Part shown: positions 9,860 to 18,750 of the stretch, one piece after another | How positions within the stretch are numbered: position 1 is the stretch's first letter | Layout of the letters: each line of letters opens with the position of its first letter | DNA from: a virus | Lineage: Duplodnaviria > Caudoviricetes | Strand: one strand, 5' to 3' | DNA: 48,854 bases | Virus record (IMG/VR): IMGVR_UViG_3300025635_000033 | Coordinates: 1-48,854 of that record | Program-made: the position numbers and the translations under genes | Notes under the pieces: generated by a model | The model's database searches: none | The model's input: only the letters and a program-made list of their open reading frames with translations | Told to the model about the DNA's origin: nothing

Positions 9860-9960
9860 CAGACGCTCCGTGAGAACGCCTTCACGACCATGATCCACAG
9901 GACGACGATGGTGATGATGGCGCCGAGCGCGACGCAGCCGAGAATGCCGAGCCAGCTCAT
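9856..9960 (-). CDS. 34 aa single-pass membrane protein in lysis cassette
   Basis: Not in ORF track. MSWLGILGCVALGAIITIVVLWIMVVKAFSRSVW, start overlaps endolysin stop (TGATG), stop overlaps i-spanin start (GTGA). Confidence 0.7.
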   Translation of the reverse strand: MSWLGILGCVALGAIITIVVLWIMVVKAFSRSVW

Positions 9961-10712
9961 CACAGCACCTGCGCGGCGCGCTTCTGGCGCCAGTGACGAA
10001 CGAGGATGAACACCGCGCCGGCGACGACCACGACACCGAACACGATCGGGCCGACCGTCGACAGGACGCGCATGATCGACTGCGCGCTGCCGGACAGGCT
10101 CTCGATGGCGCTGGCGGCCGCTGCGATCTTGTCGGGCTCGAGTGCGTCAGTGAGCATACCGGCGCCAGACACGGCCACGGTGCCGGCCGTCCAGCCCGTC
10201 TTGCTGGTGGCCATCGTCGGCGGCGAGGCGACGGCCTGCGGCATGGCCTGGCGCTGGAACTCGAAGTGCGGCGTCAGGAACAGTTGCTCCTCGGCGAGAC
10301 GACGGCGCGTCAAGCCAGGCAACTCCGTCAGCTTGCCGTCGACGGTGGCTTTGTTCCACAGACGGAAGGCGCGAGCCGCGCCCACCTCGTCCCCAGCGTT
10401 GAAAAGGCGCAGTACGCTCGACTTGCGAAAGCCCTCGGCGCCGATGTTGAAGCAGAGCGACACCATCGCCGCGAACTGGTTCCCGTTGGCGGTGCGCGCG
10501 AGATTGACGGAGACGCACTCCTCGGCCCAATCAAGGTCCGCATCGAGCAGCTTGTCAGCCTCCAGCGCCGTTATCGTCTGGCCCTCGCGCACGCCGGCCG
10601 TGTGGCCGTGGCCGATGGTCCAGACGCCGGCGGGGCAGAGATACGCGCGAAGGCGCAGGCCCTCGAACTCCTTCACCAGCTCGTAGCCGGCTGCGTTGAT
10701 TTCACGGGGCAT
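9960..10712 (-). CDS. Endolysin, GH24 lysozyme with C-terminal hydrophobic extension
   Basis: FEGLRLRAYLCPAGVWTIGHGHT catalytic region, FNIG, LPGLTRRRLAEEQLF. C-terminal TM segment followed by RHWRQKR. Confidence 0.93.
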   Translation of the reverse strand: MPREINAAGYELVKEFEGLRLRAYLCPAGVWTIGHGHTAGVREGQTITALEADKLLDADLDWAEECVSVNLARTANGNQFAAMVSLCFNIGAEGFRKSSVLRLFNAGDEVGAARAFRLWNKATVDGKLTELPGLTRRRLAEEQLFLTPHFEFQRQAMPQAVASPPTMATSKTGWTAGTVAVSGAGMLTDALEPDKIAAAASAIESLSGSAQSIMRVLSTVGPIVFGVVVVAGAVFILVRHWRQKRAAQVL

Positions 10713-11062
10713 CAGAGCCTCCCTTCGATGACGTTGAGAAGACGTTCGATCAGCATGTGCTCGGCGCGGCCCGTATCGACGTGGTCGGCGCCGCGCAGCC
10801 CTGCGGTGGCGATCGTGTCGGCGAGCAACAGGTGCAGCATTTCGTGCAGCGCGATCCGTTCCGGCGCGCGTTCGCCGAGACCCTTCATGTTGACGTTCGA
10901 CGTGATCACCGCAGAGCGAACGTCCACGTTGTATTCAACCCGAGCCCAGGCGTCGGGGTAGCGGTCGGTCTTGAACGTGATCGACCAGTCCATGAGACCG
11001 AACTTCGTCTGCCAGTCGCGGCACGACTTCTCGAAGCGGCGGGTCCAAGGTGTAGACTTCAT
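10712..11062 (-). CDS. Small zinc metallopeptidase-like protein (HEXXH)
   Basis: Start ATG 11062 in ATGA overlap. IALHEMLHLLL motif with downstream E (AEH). Confidence 0.7.
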   Translation of the reverse strand: MKSTPWTRRFEKSCRDWQTKFGLMDWSITFKTDRYPDAWARVEYNVDVRSAVITSNVNMKGLGERAPERIALHEMLHLLLADTIATAGLRGADHVDTGRAEHMLIERLLNVIEGRL

Positions 11063-12648
11063 GCGCGCCACCCACCATCGACACAATTGATCAGGCTGCG
11101 CTTGCCATTCCGGTAGATCAGGCAGTGCGTGTGCATCCAGCTGGACGGGCCGCGCTGGTACTCGAGGTCTAGCCGCGAAGACGTTCCAACCTGATAACAG
11201 CCGTCCTCGATTCCAGGGCTGTGGCTGTGGCCGATGATCGACTTGACGCCGATCTTGGTGAAACCCATGCGCGAGCCGCGCGCGCCGTTCGGTCCAGCGT
11301 CGCCGTGATAGGCGACCTCGATCCCTTCGATCATGTAGCTCTCGCTGCGCGCCGGAAACACAGCCTGCGCGGCCGTCTTCAGCTTCCGCTTCGCCCAATA
11401 GACGAACGGGTCCGGCGACTTCGCGCCGCTCGGCCCCCACGTCGACCCCAGGCACACAGCCTTGAACGTCTCGGCCCAAAAGATGCAGTTTTCCGGGTCC
11501 GTGCGCGGGTCCGTTTCCTTCACCCACCGGCCGATCGCGTCGGGGTGGTTCGACGGAACGAAGACGTTTGTAACCCCCTTGGGGGTTAGACGATCGATCA
11601 GCGCGAACGTGCGGTCCAGCTCGGCTTCGACGTTCCCGCGCCCGACCTTATGCTTGACGTACTGGATGAACACTTCGCCGCGGTGATGATGGTTGCGAGC
11701 GTAAGCGTCCAAAACGTCGTGCCAGACGAGCGTCTTCGGCTTCAGCGTCGCCACGATGCTGTCCGGACCCTCGAAGGTGGCCTTGATGACGGCCGGGTCG
11801 ACGAACTCGGCGTGCGTGTCGCCCATCACCAGGGCCGCCACGTCGCGCTGTCTGACCTTGTCGCCAGCATATTCAGACGCCAGGTCGCAAAAAGAGCCGT
11901 CGCGGACGGCGTTGATCTGGCGCAGGTGGAAGCGGCGGCCGTCCATCTCGACGACAGCGGCGCCGAACGTGTGGTGATGCTCGGCCTTCTTGCCGGCCTT
12001 GCTCTCGATGTAGTTTTTCTCGGTGACGCTGCCCGTGGTCGTCAGGATCTTGGCCATGCGCGACTGCGGCGTCGGCACGGTCTTCAGCGCGAGCTTCGGG
12101 TGGCCAATGATGGCCGACTTCGCGCCCGTCACCGTCTCGAAGCCCTGCAGCGGCGTGGACGCCGTCGGCTGCGTCTTGATGTCGGCCAGCAGCACCAGGT
12201 TCTCGTTGAGCTCGACGCGCTGGTCCATCAGGTACGGCGCGAGCTCGGGCGCCCACCAGTCGTCGTGGTCCGCCTGCTCCGACCACATCGAGGTCGGGTT
12301 CTTGTAGCGATACGGGATGACGATGAGCTGGGCCTGGCGCGCACGGCAGTAGGTCATCAGACTGGCCAGAAACGCCCGGTTTACGGGTGTGGCGTTCTGA
12401 GCCGCAGTGATCACCAGCCGTCGTGCGCCGGCCTTGCCGGCGTGCTTCGCCAGCTTCGTCGAGACCTTCGGGTCGACGCCCTTCGCCTGCTCGGCCACCA
12501 GCCCGACAGGCTGCGTGCCGTTCCAGGTGCAGAGGCCCTTGCGCTTGCGAGTACGCGCCTTGCCGTGGTGCGCGTAGCGCGCGACACCGCGGAACTGGCC
12601 GGACCGGATCACCGGCTCGCCGCATTTCGGACAGAGGGGTTGGGACAC
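11059..12648 (-). CDS. T5 A1-like metallophosphoesterase-fold nuclease
   Basis: GTG start 12648. ITAAQNATP, RYKNPT, KAEHHHTFGA plus calcineurin-like motifs GDTH, HDVLD, SNH, HGD, GHSH. N-terminal CPKCG. Confidence 0.75.
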   Translation of the reverse strand: MSQPLCPKCGEPVIRSGQFRGVARYAHHGKARTRKRKGLCTWNGTQPVGLVAEQAKGVDPKVSTKLAKHAGKAGARRLVITAAQNATPVNRAFLASLMTYCRARQAQLIVIPYRYKNPTSMWSEQADHDDWWAPELAPYLMDQRVELNENLVLLADIKTQPTASTPLQGFETVTGAKSAIIGHPKLALKTVPTPQSRMAKILTTTGSVTEKNYIESKAGKKAEHHHTFGAAVVEMDGRRFHLRQINAVRDGSFCDLASEYAGDKVRQRDVAALVMGDTHAEFVDPAVIKATFEGPDSIVATLKPKTLVWHDVLDAYARNHHHRGEVFIQYVKHKVGRGNVEAELDRTFALIDRLTPKGVTNVFVPSNHPDAIGRWVKETDPRTDPENCIFWAETFKAVCLGSTWGPSGAKSPDPFVYWAKRKLKTAAQAVFPARSESYMIEGIEVAYHGDAGPNGARGSRMGFTKIGVKSIIGHSHSPGIEDGCYQVGTSSRLDLEYQRGPSSWMHTHCLIYRNGKRSLINCVDGGWRA

Positions 12649-12659
12649 GCTCGCTCCCG

Positions 12660-12872
12660 CTACTTGACGATGTGCAGCTTCTCGATGACCCACGCGACCG
12701 CAGCCGAAATTGCGGCGACCACGGCGCCGAACTTCAGCAGCAGAAACCAGGCGCCCTTGCCCATGTTGGACACGGCGATCAGCTGGTCGACCTTACCGTC
12801 GATCGACTCCAGCCACTTCTCCGAGCCGTCGACGCGCGTTTCCAGCCGCGCAAGGCGCTCCTCGACGCTCAT
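12660..12872 (-). CDS. Putative holin (coiled coil plus C-terminal TM, XhlA-like architecture)
   Basis: MSVEERLARLETRV...GKGAWFLLLKFGAVVAAISAAVAWV, ATGA overlap with tail fibre stop. Confidence 0.6.
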   Translation of the reverse strand: MSVEERLARLETRVDGSEKWLESIDGKVDQLIAVSNMGKGAWFLLLKFGAVVAAISAAVAWVIEKLHIVK

Positions 12873-14278
12873 CGACGTGGCCACACGAAGCCGACGGTGG
12901 CGATCTTGTAACTGTCGACCGTCGTCGGGCCGTAGGCGCGAGACGCCACCTGCCCCGATGCACTTGTGCGGACGCGCAATTCTTGCACCGCGAAGATGTT
13001 CGGGTAGCTGTATAGGTTGTTTAGCGGGGCATCGCCTTGCCGGGGGTCTGCATCCGTTTCATCAGGACAGCAGATTCTCCCGATCGTACCGTTCGTGTTG
13101 TCGTACATCTCGACGCGCAGGATCGCTTCAACAGAGAAGTTGAGCGGCACCTTGACGGCGTCGAGCCGGCGCGTGTCGTCGAGCGCGTTGGCAAGCGACA
13201 CGTCGTTCGTCGGCAACTTCCACTTGAACTCGAGGCTGCCCCCTGCGGTTTCGTAGGTCGTGAACGCAACGATGGTGCCGCCGACGCGCTTGAACCAACC
13301 GATGAGCCGTTTGTAGTCGTAGTTGGCGGGCATCGTCGGGCTGGTCGGCGACGTCGAGAACAGCGCGTCAACGACGCCCGTATCCGAGCGTGCGATGAGC
13401 CAGACGTAGTAATCGGTATTGGCGGCCGTGCTGGTGTCCAGCCCGCCCTGGTTCGTGCCAACCGCCCAATTGGCATCCAGCCGCTTGGTACCGCCGGCGT
13501 AGGACATCGCATAGACGCCCGTGGCGTCCATGCAGACGCCCGCGGCGATGTCGATGTCGTTCGTCGCGTCACTGACGCTGTTGCTGTACGTCAGGCCCTG
13601 GATGAGACCCTTGAGCGGAAGCGTCGTGAACTCGGTGTCGTAGTCAGTGGCCGACTTCTTGCGCAAGAACTGGCCTGCCGTCCCGCCCGTGGCAACGCCC
13701 GCGCCCGCCGCGCCGTTCGTGCCGTTCGTGCCGTTGGCCCCTGCGGGACCCGCAAGCACCACTCCCGTCGTCGCCCATGCGCCTGCCGCCTTCTGGTAGA
13801 CGGCGCCGTTGGAGCCACGGACGTACATGTCGCCGTTGATACCGACGCTGTTGTCGGGCGCACCGGAGCCCGCGAACCACGCCGCGCCGGCGGCGCTGGC
13901 GAGCGCCCACTTGGCGGCCGCAAGGTCGGTGGCGAAAGTGCCGGACGTGTGTGTCTCAAGGCAGACGTAGCCCGCGCCGCCCTGCACCACCCAATCCTTG
14001 ACGGCGTAGGCGGTGGCTGTCAGCCACGCCCCGCGGATGTTCCAATCGCCGGTCAGGGTCGTCATGGAGGGCGCCAGGGCTTCCGGCGTCACGAGGCCGT
14101 TCTGCAGCTTGCCGTCGGAGCGCAGGGCTAACTTCAGGAAGTCGATGGTCCCGTCGATCGCCGTCTTGTGCTGGTTGAAGCCGTTGTAGACCTCGGATGC
14201 CGGCAGCGGCGTCGTCGGCGATCCGGCCTGAAACGTCGGGTAGTCGTATGCCGGATCCGGCTTCGTCGGATAGCCCAT
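12869..14278 (-). CDS. Tail fibre protein
   Basis: N-terminal anchor, CBM5/12-like WLTATAYAVKDWV...YVCLETHTS, GSGAPDNSVGINGDMYV, short Gly-X-Y run, C-terminal head domain. Confidence 0.85.
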   Translation of the reverse strand: MGYPTKPDPAYDYPTFQAGSPTTPLPASEVYNGFNQHKTAIDGTIDFLKLALRSDGKLQNGLVTPEALAPSMTTLTGDWNIRGAWLTATAYAVKDWVVQGGAGYVCLETHTSGTFATDLAAAKWALASAAGAAWFAGSGAPDNSVGINGDMYVRGSNGAVYQKAAGAWATTGVVLAGPAGANGTNGTNGAAGAGVATGGTAGQFLRKKSATDYDTEFTTLPLKGLIQGLTYSNSVSDATNDIDIAAGVCMDATGVYAMSYAGGTKRLDANWAVGTNQGGLDTSTAANTDYYVWLIARSDTGVVDALFSTSPTSPTMPANYDYKRLIGWFKRVGGTIVAFTTYETAGGSLEFKWKLPTNDVSLANALDDTRRLDAVKVPLNFSVEAILRVEMYDNTNGTIGRICCPDETDADPRQGDAPLNNLYSYPNIFAVQELRVRTSASGQVASRAYGPTTVDSYKIATVGFVWPRR

Positions 14279-14454
14279 CACGGCCTCGCGTTGTTGTCTG
14301 TAGCGGTCGTCACGACAGGCTCATGTCTTCCGGTTCTGGCTCTTTTGGTGCCGGCGGGGGAAACCGCCCTGTCCGGCGCGCTTGTCTCTGCCTCCTGTGC
14401 AAGCAGAACCGCTCTCACAAAAGACAGCGTGGGCATGGTGGGCATGGTGGTCAT
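14278..14454 (-). CDS. Possible 58 aa ORF bridging the two tail genes
   Basis: MTTMPTMPTLSFVRAVLL...DNNARP, ATGA overlap at start and TGATG overlap at end. Confidence 0.35.
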   Translation of the reverse strand: MTTMPTMPTLSFVRAVLLAQEAETSAPDRAVSPAGTKRARTGRHEPVVTTATDNNARP

Positions 14455-17129
14455 GGTGCGTACGAGACGTTGACGCAGGTCACGGCCACGCCGCCGGCAT
14501 CGGTGTCGCCCGTGAAGGTCGAGGCCGCGGCGCCGGTGTTCTTGATCTTGTAGCTCACGCGCATCACCAGCGACGGCGTGATCCCCGAGGCGATCTCGAT
14601 CACCTCGTCGTCACCCAGTGATATCTGGTTCGCCGGTGGCGTGCCGGCGTCATAGACCGCACAGCCGACCACGATGCAGGGCGAGGTGCCGGCCCCCATG
14701 CTCTGCGCGGCATTTCCGCCGGCGGCCCCGTCGATCGCGACGCGGGCATTGAGCCGCGTCCAGGTCGACGCCAGCGTCGCCTTCGAGCCGCGCACGATCA
14801 AGGCGATCATCCCGCGCCCGCGCGTGCCGGTCGATATGCCGGAGATCGTCGTCTCGGTGCCGGAGAGCTGCTTCACGTACTGGGTGATCCGGCAACCGTG
14901 GGTGGCGGTGCTGAACTGCTGGATAGACAGGGTGAAGCCCGAGGGCGCCACCAGGCTGGGCGCCGTCGTGGTGGTGTTCTGCGCAAAATTCCAAAGGATG
15001 CAGTAGTCGCCTGCCTGGATATCCGTCGGCAGCGTAATGCTGGTGCTGTCGATGCTGGTAGCGTGGCCGACGACGGCCAGCGACGGCGGCGGGTTGAGGT
15101 TGACGGTCGGGTTCGGTGGCGTGGGTGCGGCGGTCGGGACCGGATAGTTCGGCGTGATGACGCCGCGCGACCACTTGCCCGAATCGAAGCCGCTGGGCAG
15201 CCCGGCCAGCAGCGCCGTGTCGGACAGGCCCGAGACGCCGGTCGATTCGCCCGACCCGACACCGATCGCGCTGCCGGTGCTGTCGATGTCGAAATACACG
15301 TCGGTGATGGTGACGCCGGTGCCGCGATTGCCGATCGCGCCGACCTTCGAGGTGCCGGTCGCCGTGCCGAAGCACAAGGACTCGTCGAGACTGGCCCCGG
15401 TCAGCGCCTGACCGATCAGCGAGCCGACGCCAACGGTGCCGACCGCATTGCCGAACGCACACAGGCGGGCGGCGACGGCGGTGCCGCGCAGCAGTCCGAT
15501 CGAGGTGCCGACGGCCGTCGTCCCGGTGACCGTGCCGGCCGCGATATTGTCGTTCGACGCGCCATAATCCTGGCCGGCGTTGCCGCCGGCATTGCCACCG
15601 AGGGCGATGACCTCGCAGGCCGAGAGGTTGGCGTAATGCGCACTGGACGACAGGGCGTTGAAGCCGATCGTGCCGGCGACGCTGCTGGCCCCCTGGATCT
15701 TGCCGTAGGACTCGTTGCCGTAGGCGATGCCGTCGCCCTGGTAGGCGACGATGCCGCCGGTGAGGTTGGCGCTGTTGACGTTGTCGGCATTGCGCAGGTC
15801 GGCATAGGACTTGTTGTAGCGCACGACGGCCGTCGGGCTGTCGCCCACGGCGGGCAACCCGTTGTCGCCGGCGATGTTGGCGGCCCACTGGCCGGTGGCC
15901 AGGTAGGTGCCCGGCGCCCCGGACGCGGCCAGCAGATCGCGGCTGCTCACGGTCTGCGACACGCCGCTGACCTGCCAGTTGCCGCCGCCGAGATCGGCTG
16001 TAACCACAGTATTGGCCGCGACAACCGTTCCCGCCACCGTGTTTGGCGCGAAGATGTTGAGGCCCACGGCCATCGCCCCGAGACTGGTCTCCGTCACCGT
16101 CAGGGTGGTCCCGGAGATCGACGCCGCCCCCGTCCAGCCCGCCGTATAGGCCGCAGTCGGCGGGTTCGGCACCGTCGTCCGCGGGATGACGGACTCCGCG
16201 CGCCGGCTGTCCTCGCAGTATTCGAGCAAGCCGCGGTTGGAGGCCACCAGGATCGAGAAATAGCTGTTGTAGTTGTAGGGGCTGAGCTCGACGCGGGCGT
16301 TGGTCTTGCAGGTGCGCACGGTGCCGGCGCCCATCACCAGGCCGCCGCCGGTGTAATCAGGCAGGCCGGTGGAGTCGAAATCGATCGCGAAGGTCGTAGA
16401 GGTCAGCGCGGTGACAGTGTAGGTGCGGATCAGGTTGCCCTGGCGACTGTCGAGCGTCGGCATGCCGCCCATGCTCTTCAGGCAGATCCACTGCCCCGTC
16501 GGGATGCCATGCGCCGTCGACGTCTGGATGATCGTCGGGTTGCCCTTGGTGACGGCCGCGATGGCCTTCGACGGCCACTGCTCGTTGCGCCCGACCAGGC
16601 CGCCGAACTGACCACCCGACCCGGAACCATAGATGCGCCCGTTGATGGTGACGCCCTCCAGGGTGCCGCGCAGGGAGGCCACCGCGCCGCCCACGGTCGT
16701 TCCCAGCAGATATCGCCCCGCCGAATCCCGCGTCGTGCGCTCCCAGTGGAGTTGCCGGATATCGACGGAGAGCGTGAGATCGTGCACCCGGCCGACGCCA
16801 CTATTGTCGCCGACATTGCCGAACAGGCCGTCTTCGATACCGGGAGTCGGATCGTTGTCGACCAGCCGGAAGCCGCCGAGGCGATGGCCCCTGCCGTCGA
16901 AATCGCCGGTGTAGGTCGTGGCCGCCGTCGTGCCGAGCGGCGAGGCCGCGAACACGCCGTCGGCCTCGGCGTCGTAGTTGCCCAGCAGCACGACGTCGAG
17001 TGTCGGGTCGGCATTGAGCACGAGGCCGAGTTCCGGCAGCGTGCGCACGCGGCCGACGCCATCCACCTCGAAACCGGGCCCGCGATACCGCGTTGCCAGA
17101 AACACCCGCTTCCGGCCGATGAAGCTCAC
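14451..17129 (-). CDS. Tail spike / second receptor-binding protein with GLUG-like beta-helix
   Basis: GTG start 17129 overlapping upstream stop. YTGDFDGRGHRL, GLFG, VGGAV, FGGLVGRN, TGGIVAY repeats, VYFDIDSTG, Pro-rich linker and C-terminal domain. Confidence 0.75.
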   Translation of the reverse strand: MSFIGRKRVFLATRYRGPGFEVDGVGRVRTLPELGLVLNADPTLDVVLLGNYDAEADGVFAASPLGTTAATTYTGDFDGRGHRLGGFRLVDNDPTPGIEDGLFGNVGDNSGVGRVHDLTLSVDIRQLHWERTTRDSAGRYLLGTTVGGAVASLRGTLEGVTINGRIYGSGSGGQFGGLVGRNEQWPSKAIAAVTKGNPTIIQTSTAHGIPTGQWICLKSMGGMPTLDSRQGNLIRTYTVTALTSTTFAIDFDSTGLPDYTGGGLVMGAGTVRTCKTNARVELSPYNYNSYFSILVASNRGLLEYCEDSRRAESVIPRTTVPNPPTAAYTAGWTGAASISGTTLTVTETSLGAMAVGLNIFAPNTVAGTVVAANTVVTADLGGGNWQVSGVSQTVSSRDLLAASGAPGTYLATGQWAANIAGDNGLPAVGDSPTAVVRYNKSYADLRNADNVNSANLTGGIVAYQGDGIAYGNESYGKIQGASSVAGTIGFNALSSSAHYANLSACEVIALGGNAGGNAGQDYGASNDNIAAGTVTGTTAVGTSIGLLRGTAVAARLCAFGNAVGTVGVGSLIGQALTGASLDESLCFGTATGTSKVGAIGNRGTGVTITDVYFDIDSTGSAIGVGSGESTGVSGLSDTALLAGLPSGFDSGKWSRGVITPNYPVPTAAPTPPNPTVNLNPPPSLAVVGHATSIDSTSITLPTDIQAGDYCILWNFAQNTTTTAPSLVAPSGFTLSIQQFSTATHGCRITQYVKQLSGTETTISGISTGTRGRGMIALIVRGSKATLASTWTRLNARVAIDGAAGGNAAQSMGAGTSPCIVVGCAVYDAGTPPANQISLGDDEVIEIASGITPSLVMRVSYKIKNTGAAASTFTGDTDAGGVAVTCVNVSYAP

Positions 17130-17599
17130 GGCACGAGGACCAGCGTGAGGACGCGGCTGCCGCCCTGCGCGACCGGCACGGCGGACGTACCGCTGCGGAT
17201 CTTGAGGTAGCGAGCGCCGATGAAGTCCGAGAGATTGATCGTGAGCGAGCGCGAGGCCCCGCCGCAAACCACGGTGTATTCGACGCCGACCGAGTCGTAC
17301 TTGTCGACGAAGGTGCTTCCGTCCACGCTTTCCTGAAAGGTGAGGTCGGCGGCGGTCCAGCTCGCCGGCATGACGATCAACGCCAGGCGCGCACTGCCGC
17401 AATCCACGACGCCCGAGAGGCTGGCCGCGTTGGCGATCGTTGCCGTTGTGGTGACGCTGCTGCTGCTGCCGATCGGAAACGGCGCGGACGCCGAAGCCGG
17501 CACGAACTTGCCGTCGCCGTCCAGGCTACCGATAACGGCGGACTTTGCGTACTTCGTCGCGTCGTCGGCGGCGATTACAACTTTCTCTTCGATGGTCAT
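17126..17599 (-). CDS. Hypothetical virion-associated protein
   Basis: 157 aa beta-rich ORF (MPASWTAADLTFQESVDG, ARYLKIRSGT) preceding the tail spike. Confidence 0.75.
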   Translation of the reverse strand: MTIEEKVVIAADDATKYAKSAVIGSLDGDGKFVPASASAPFPIGSSSSVTTTATIANAASLSGVVDCGSARLALIVMPASWTAADLTFQESVDGSTFVDKYDSVGVEYTVVCGGASRSLTINLSDFIGARYLKIRSGTSAVPVAQGGSRVLTLVLVP

Positions 17600-17631
17600 T
17601 GGCCGACGCCTGCGTGTTGTCTGATGTGTCT

Positions 17632-17782
17632 GTCGGATGATACGACATCCGACCTACAGGCGCAAGCGAGGCGGTGTGGCGCGGGAGCGTGACTCACATC
17701 CCGAAGGCTGCCGACCGTGCGCCCCTCTAAAACGCTGGTCGACCGCGCCTCACCTCGAGCACCGGGGAGACAGCCGGTGCTC
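17632..17782. ncRNA. Candidate structured RNA in late leader
   Basis: Stems GTCGGATG/CATCCGAC (17632-17653), GGCGCGG/CCGCGCC extended by GTG/CAC and CGAG/CTCG (17667-17757), GAGCACCGG/CCGGTGCTC (17757-17782). Confidence 0.35.
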
Positions 17783-17792
17783 TCACCCTTTG

Positions 17793-17833
17793 AAACGAAA
17801 AACGCCCCGAGGCTGGCGGGCACTCGGGGCGTT
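17793..17833 (-). terminator. Intrinsic terminator / attenuator upstream of late genes
   Basis: 11-bp stem AACGCCCCGAG/CTCGGGGCGTT followed by TTTCGTTT on the minus strand. Confidence 0.8.
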
Positions 17834-17853
17834 GGTGGGTTGTGAAGCGAGGG

Positions 17854-17865
17854 TTACTTGCGCAT
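17854..17865 (-). CDS. Minigene Met-Arg-Lys
   Basis: GGAG at 17878-17875, 9 nt spacing, ATG CGC AAG TAA, between promoter and terminator. Confidence 0.4.
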   Translation of the reverse strand: MRK

Positions 17866-17897
17866 CGGCTTCGTCTCCGGGTTCAACGTGAGAGCGA

Positions 17898-17926
17898 ATT
17901 GTATGACGCTTGTCTGTCGCGCGCAA
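17898..17926 (-). promoter_or_regulatory. Sigma70-type promoter facing late genes
   Basis: TTGCGC-17 nt-TACAAT on the minus strand. Confidence 0.65.
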
Positions 17927-18190
17927 GCGGTATCAGACAGGGGCGGCGCAGCGGGCGGCTTGGCGGACAAGATGTCCTAATTCAAAAATGAGCGGCGCGT
18001 TGGTGTGCGCAGCCTACGGCCACTTGAACTCGGCGATCGGGCCGTACCCAGGGGGCGGGTGAGCGCTCACTTTCTGCCCGGTCCGGGGCCGGCGAGGCAG
18101 CCGGGTAGCGGATCACCGTGTATGTTATACAGCGTGCGTGCCTTTGTTTGCTGCGTTTCCTGCGTGTCGTGGGGTGCAGGTGGCGCGCAA

Positions 18191-18658
18191 TCACGCAAAG
18201 ACGTCGCCCGCGGGCGGCTCGTCGACCTGGCGCGACTCGCCCTCGAGGATCGGCCGCGCAAGGTCCGCTTGGCGCCGTTTCAGCTGCTCGAGCTCGTCGG
18301 CGAGCTCGTCGACGGTCATTTCGTGTAGCTCTTTGCGCCCCTTGGCGTCCTGGCTGCCCATGGTGCGGTCGTAGGCCAGCTTGATCAGCTGGGCCTTCGC
18401 ACCGGCGGGTGTCGCTGCGTTGGCCAGTAGCGCCTTATGCTGCTCGATGGCGAGCGGCAGGATCTCGTCGACGAGGCGTTGCGTCTGCAGCTTGATCACC
18501 TCAGCCGCAATCGCCGGCTTCGCTAGCGTGTGGTTCGCAGCCACCAGAGGGGATGCATAGCCCGCTGCCTTGCCTGCCATAAGCTTGCTCCCTGTCGCTA
18601 CAAACTCAGTCACTAGCGCCCTTTCCTGGTGCGTCATGCGCCCATTCTTCAGCGGCAT
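18191..18658 (-). CDS. terS: Terminase small subunit
   Basis: MTHQERALVTEFVATG...AGKAAGYAS...LAKPAIAAEV N-terminal HTH pattern of TerS, helical core, acidic tail. Confidence 0.7.
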   Translation of the reverse strand: MPLKNGRMTHQERALVTEFVATGSKLMAGKAAGYASPLVAANHTLAKPAIAAEVIKLQTQRLVDEILPLAIEQHKALLANAATPAGAKAQLIKLAYDRTMGSQDAKGRKELHEMTVDELADELEQLKRRQADLARPILEGESRQVDEPPAGDVFA

Positions 18659-18750
18659 TCACGATCCTTCTAACCGTCTATCGGGTTAGAATGTTAATAC
18701 CCTTCACATTGAGCGACAACCCGTCTGCCAAAATATGTCTGATACACCTG

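Noticed and set aside
12869-17129. Diversity-generating retroelement or invertible tail fibre switch
   Set aside because: No reverse transcriptase, template/variable repeat pair or invertase seen.
196-17210. Long plus-strand ORFs opposite the late genes (e.g. 5451-6629, 8324-10009, 11650-13143, 14898-17210)
   Set aside because: Antisense shadows of GC-rich coding genes, with no motifs or ribosome-binding sites.
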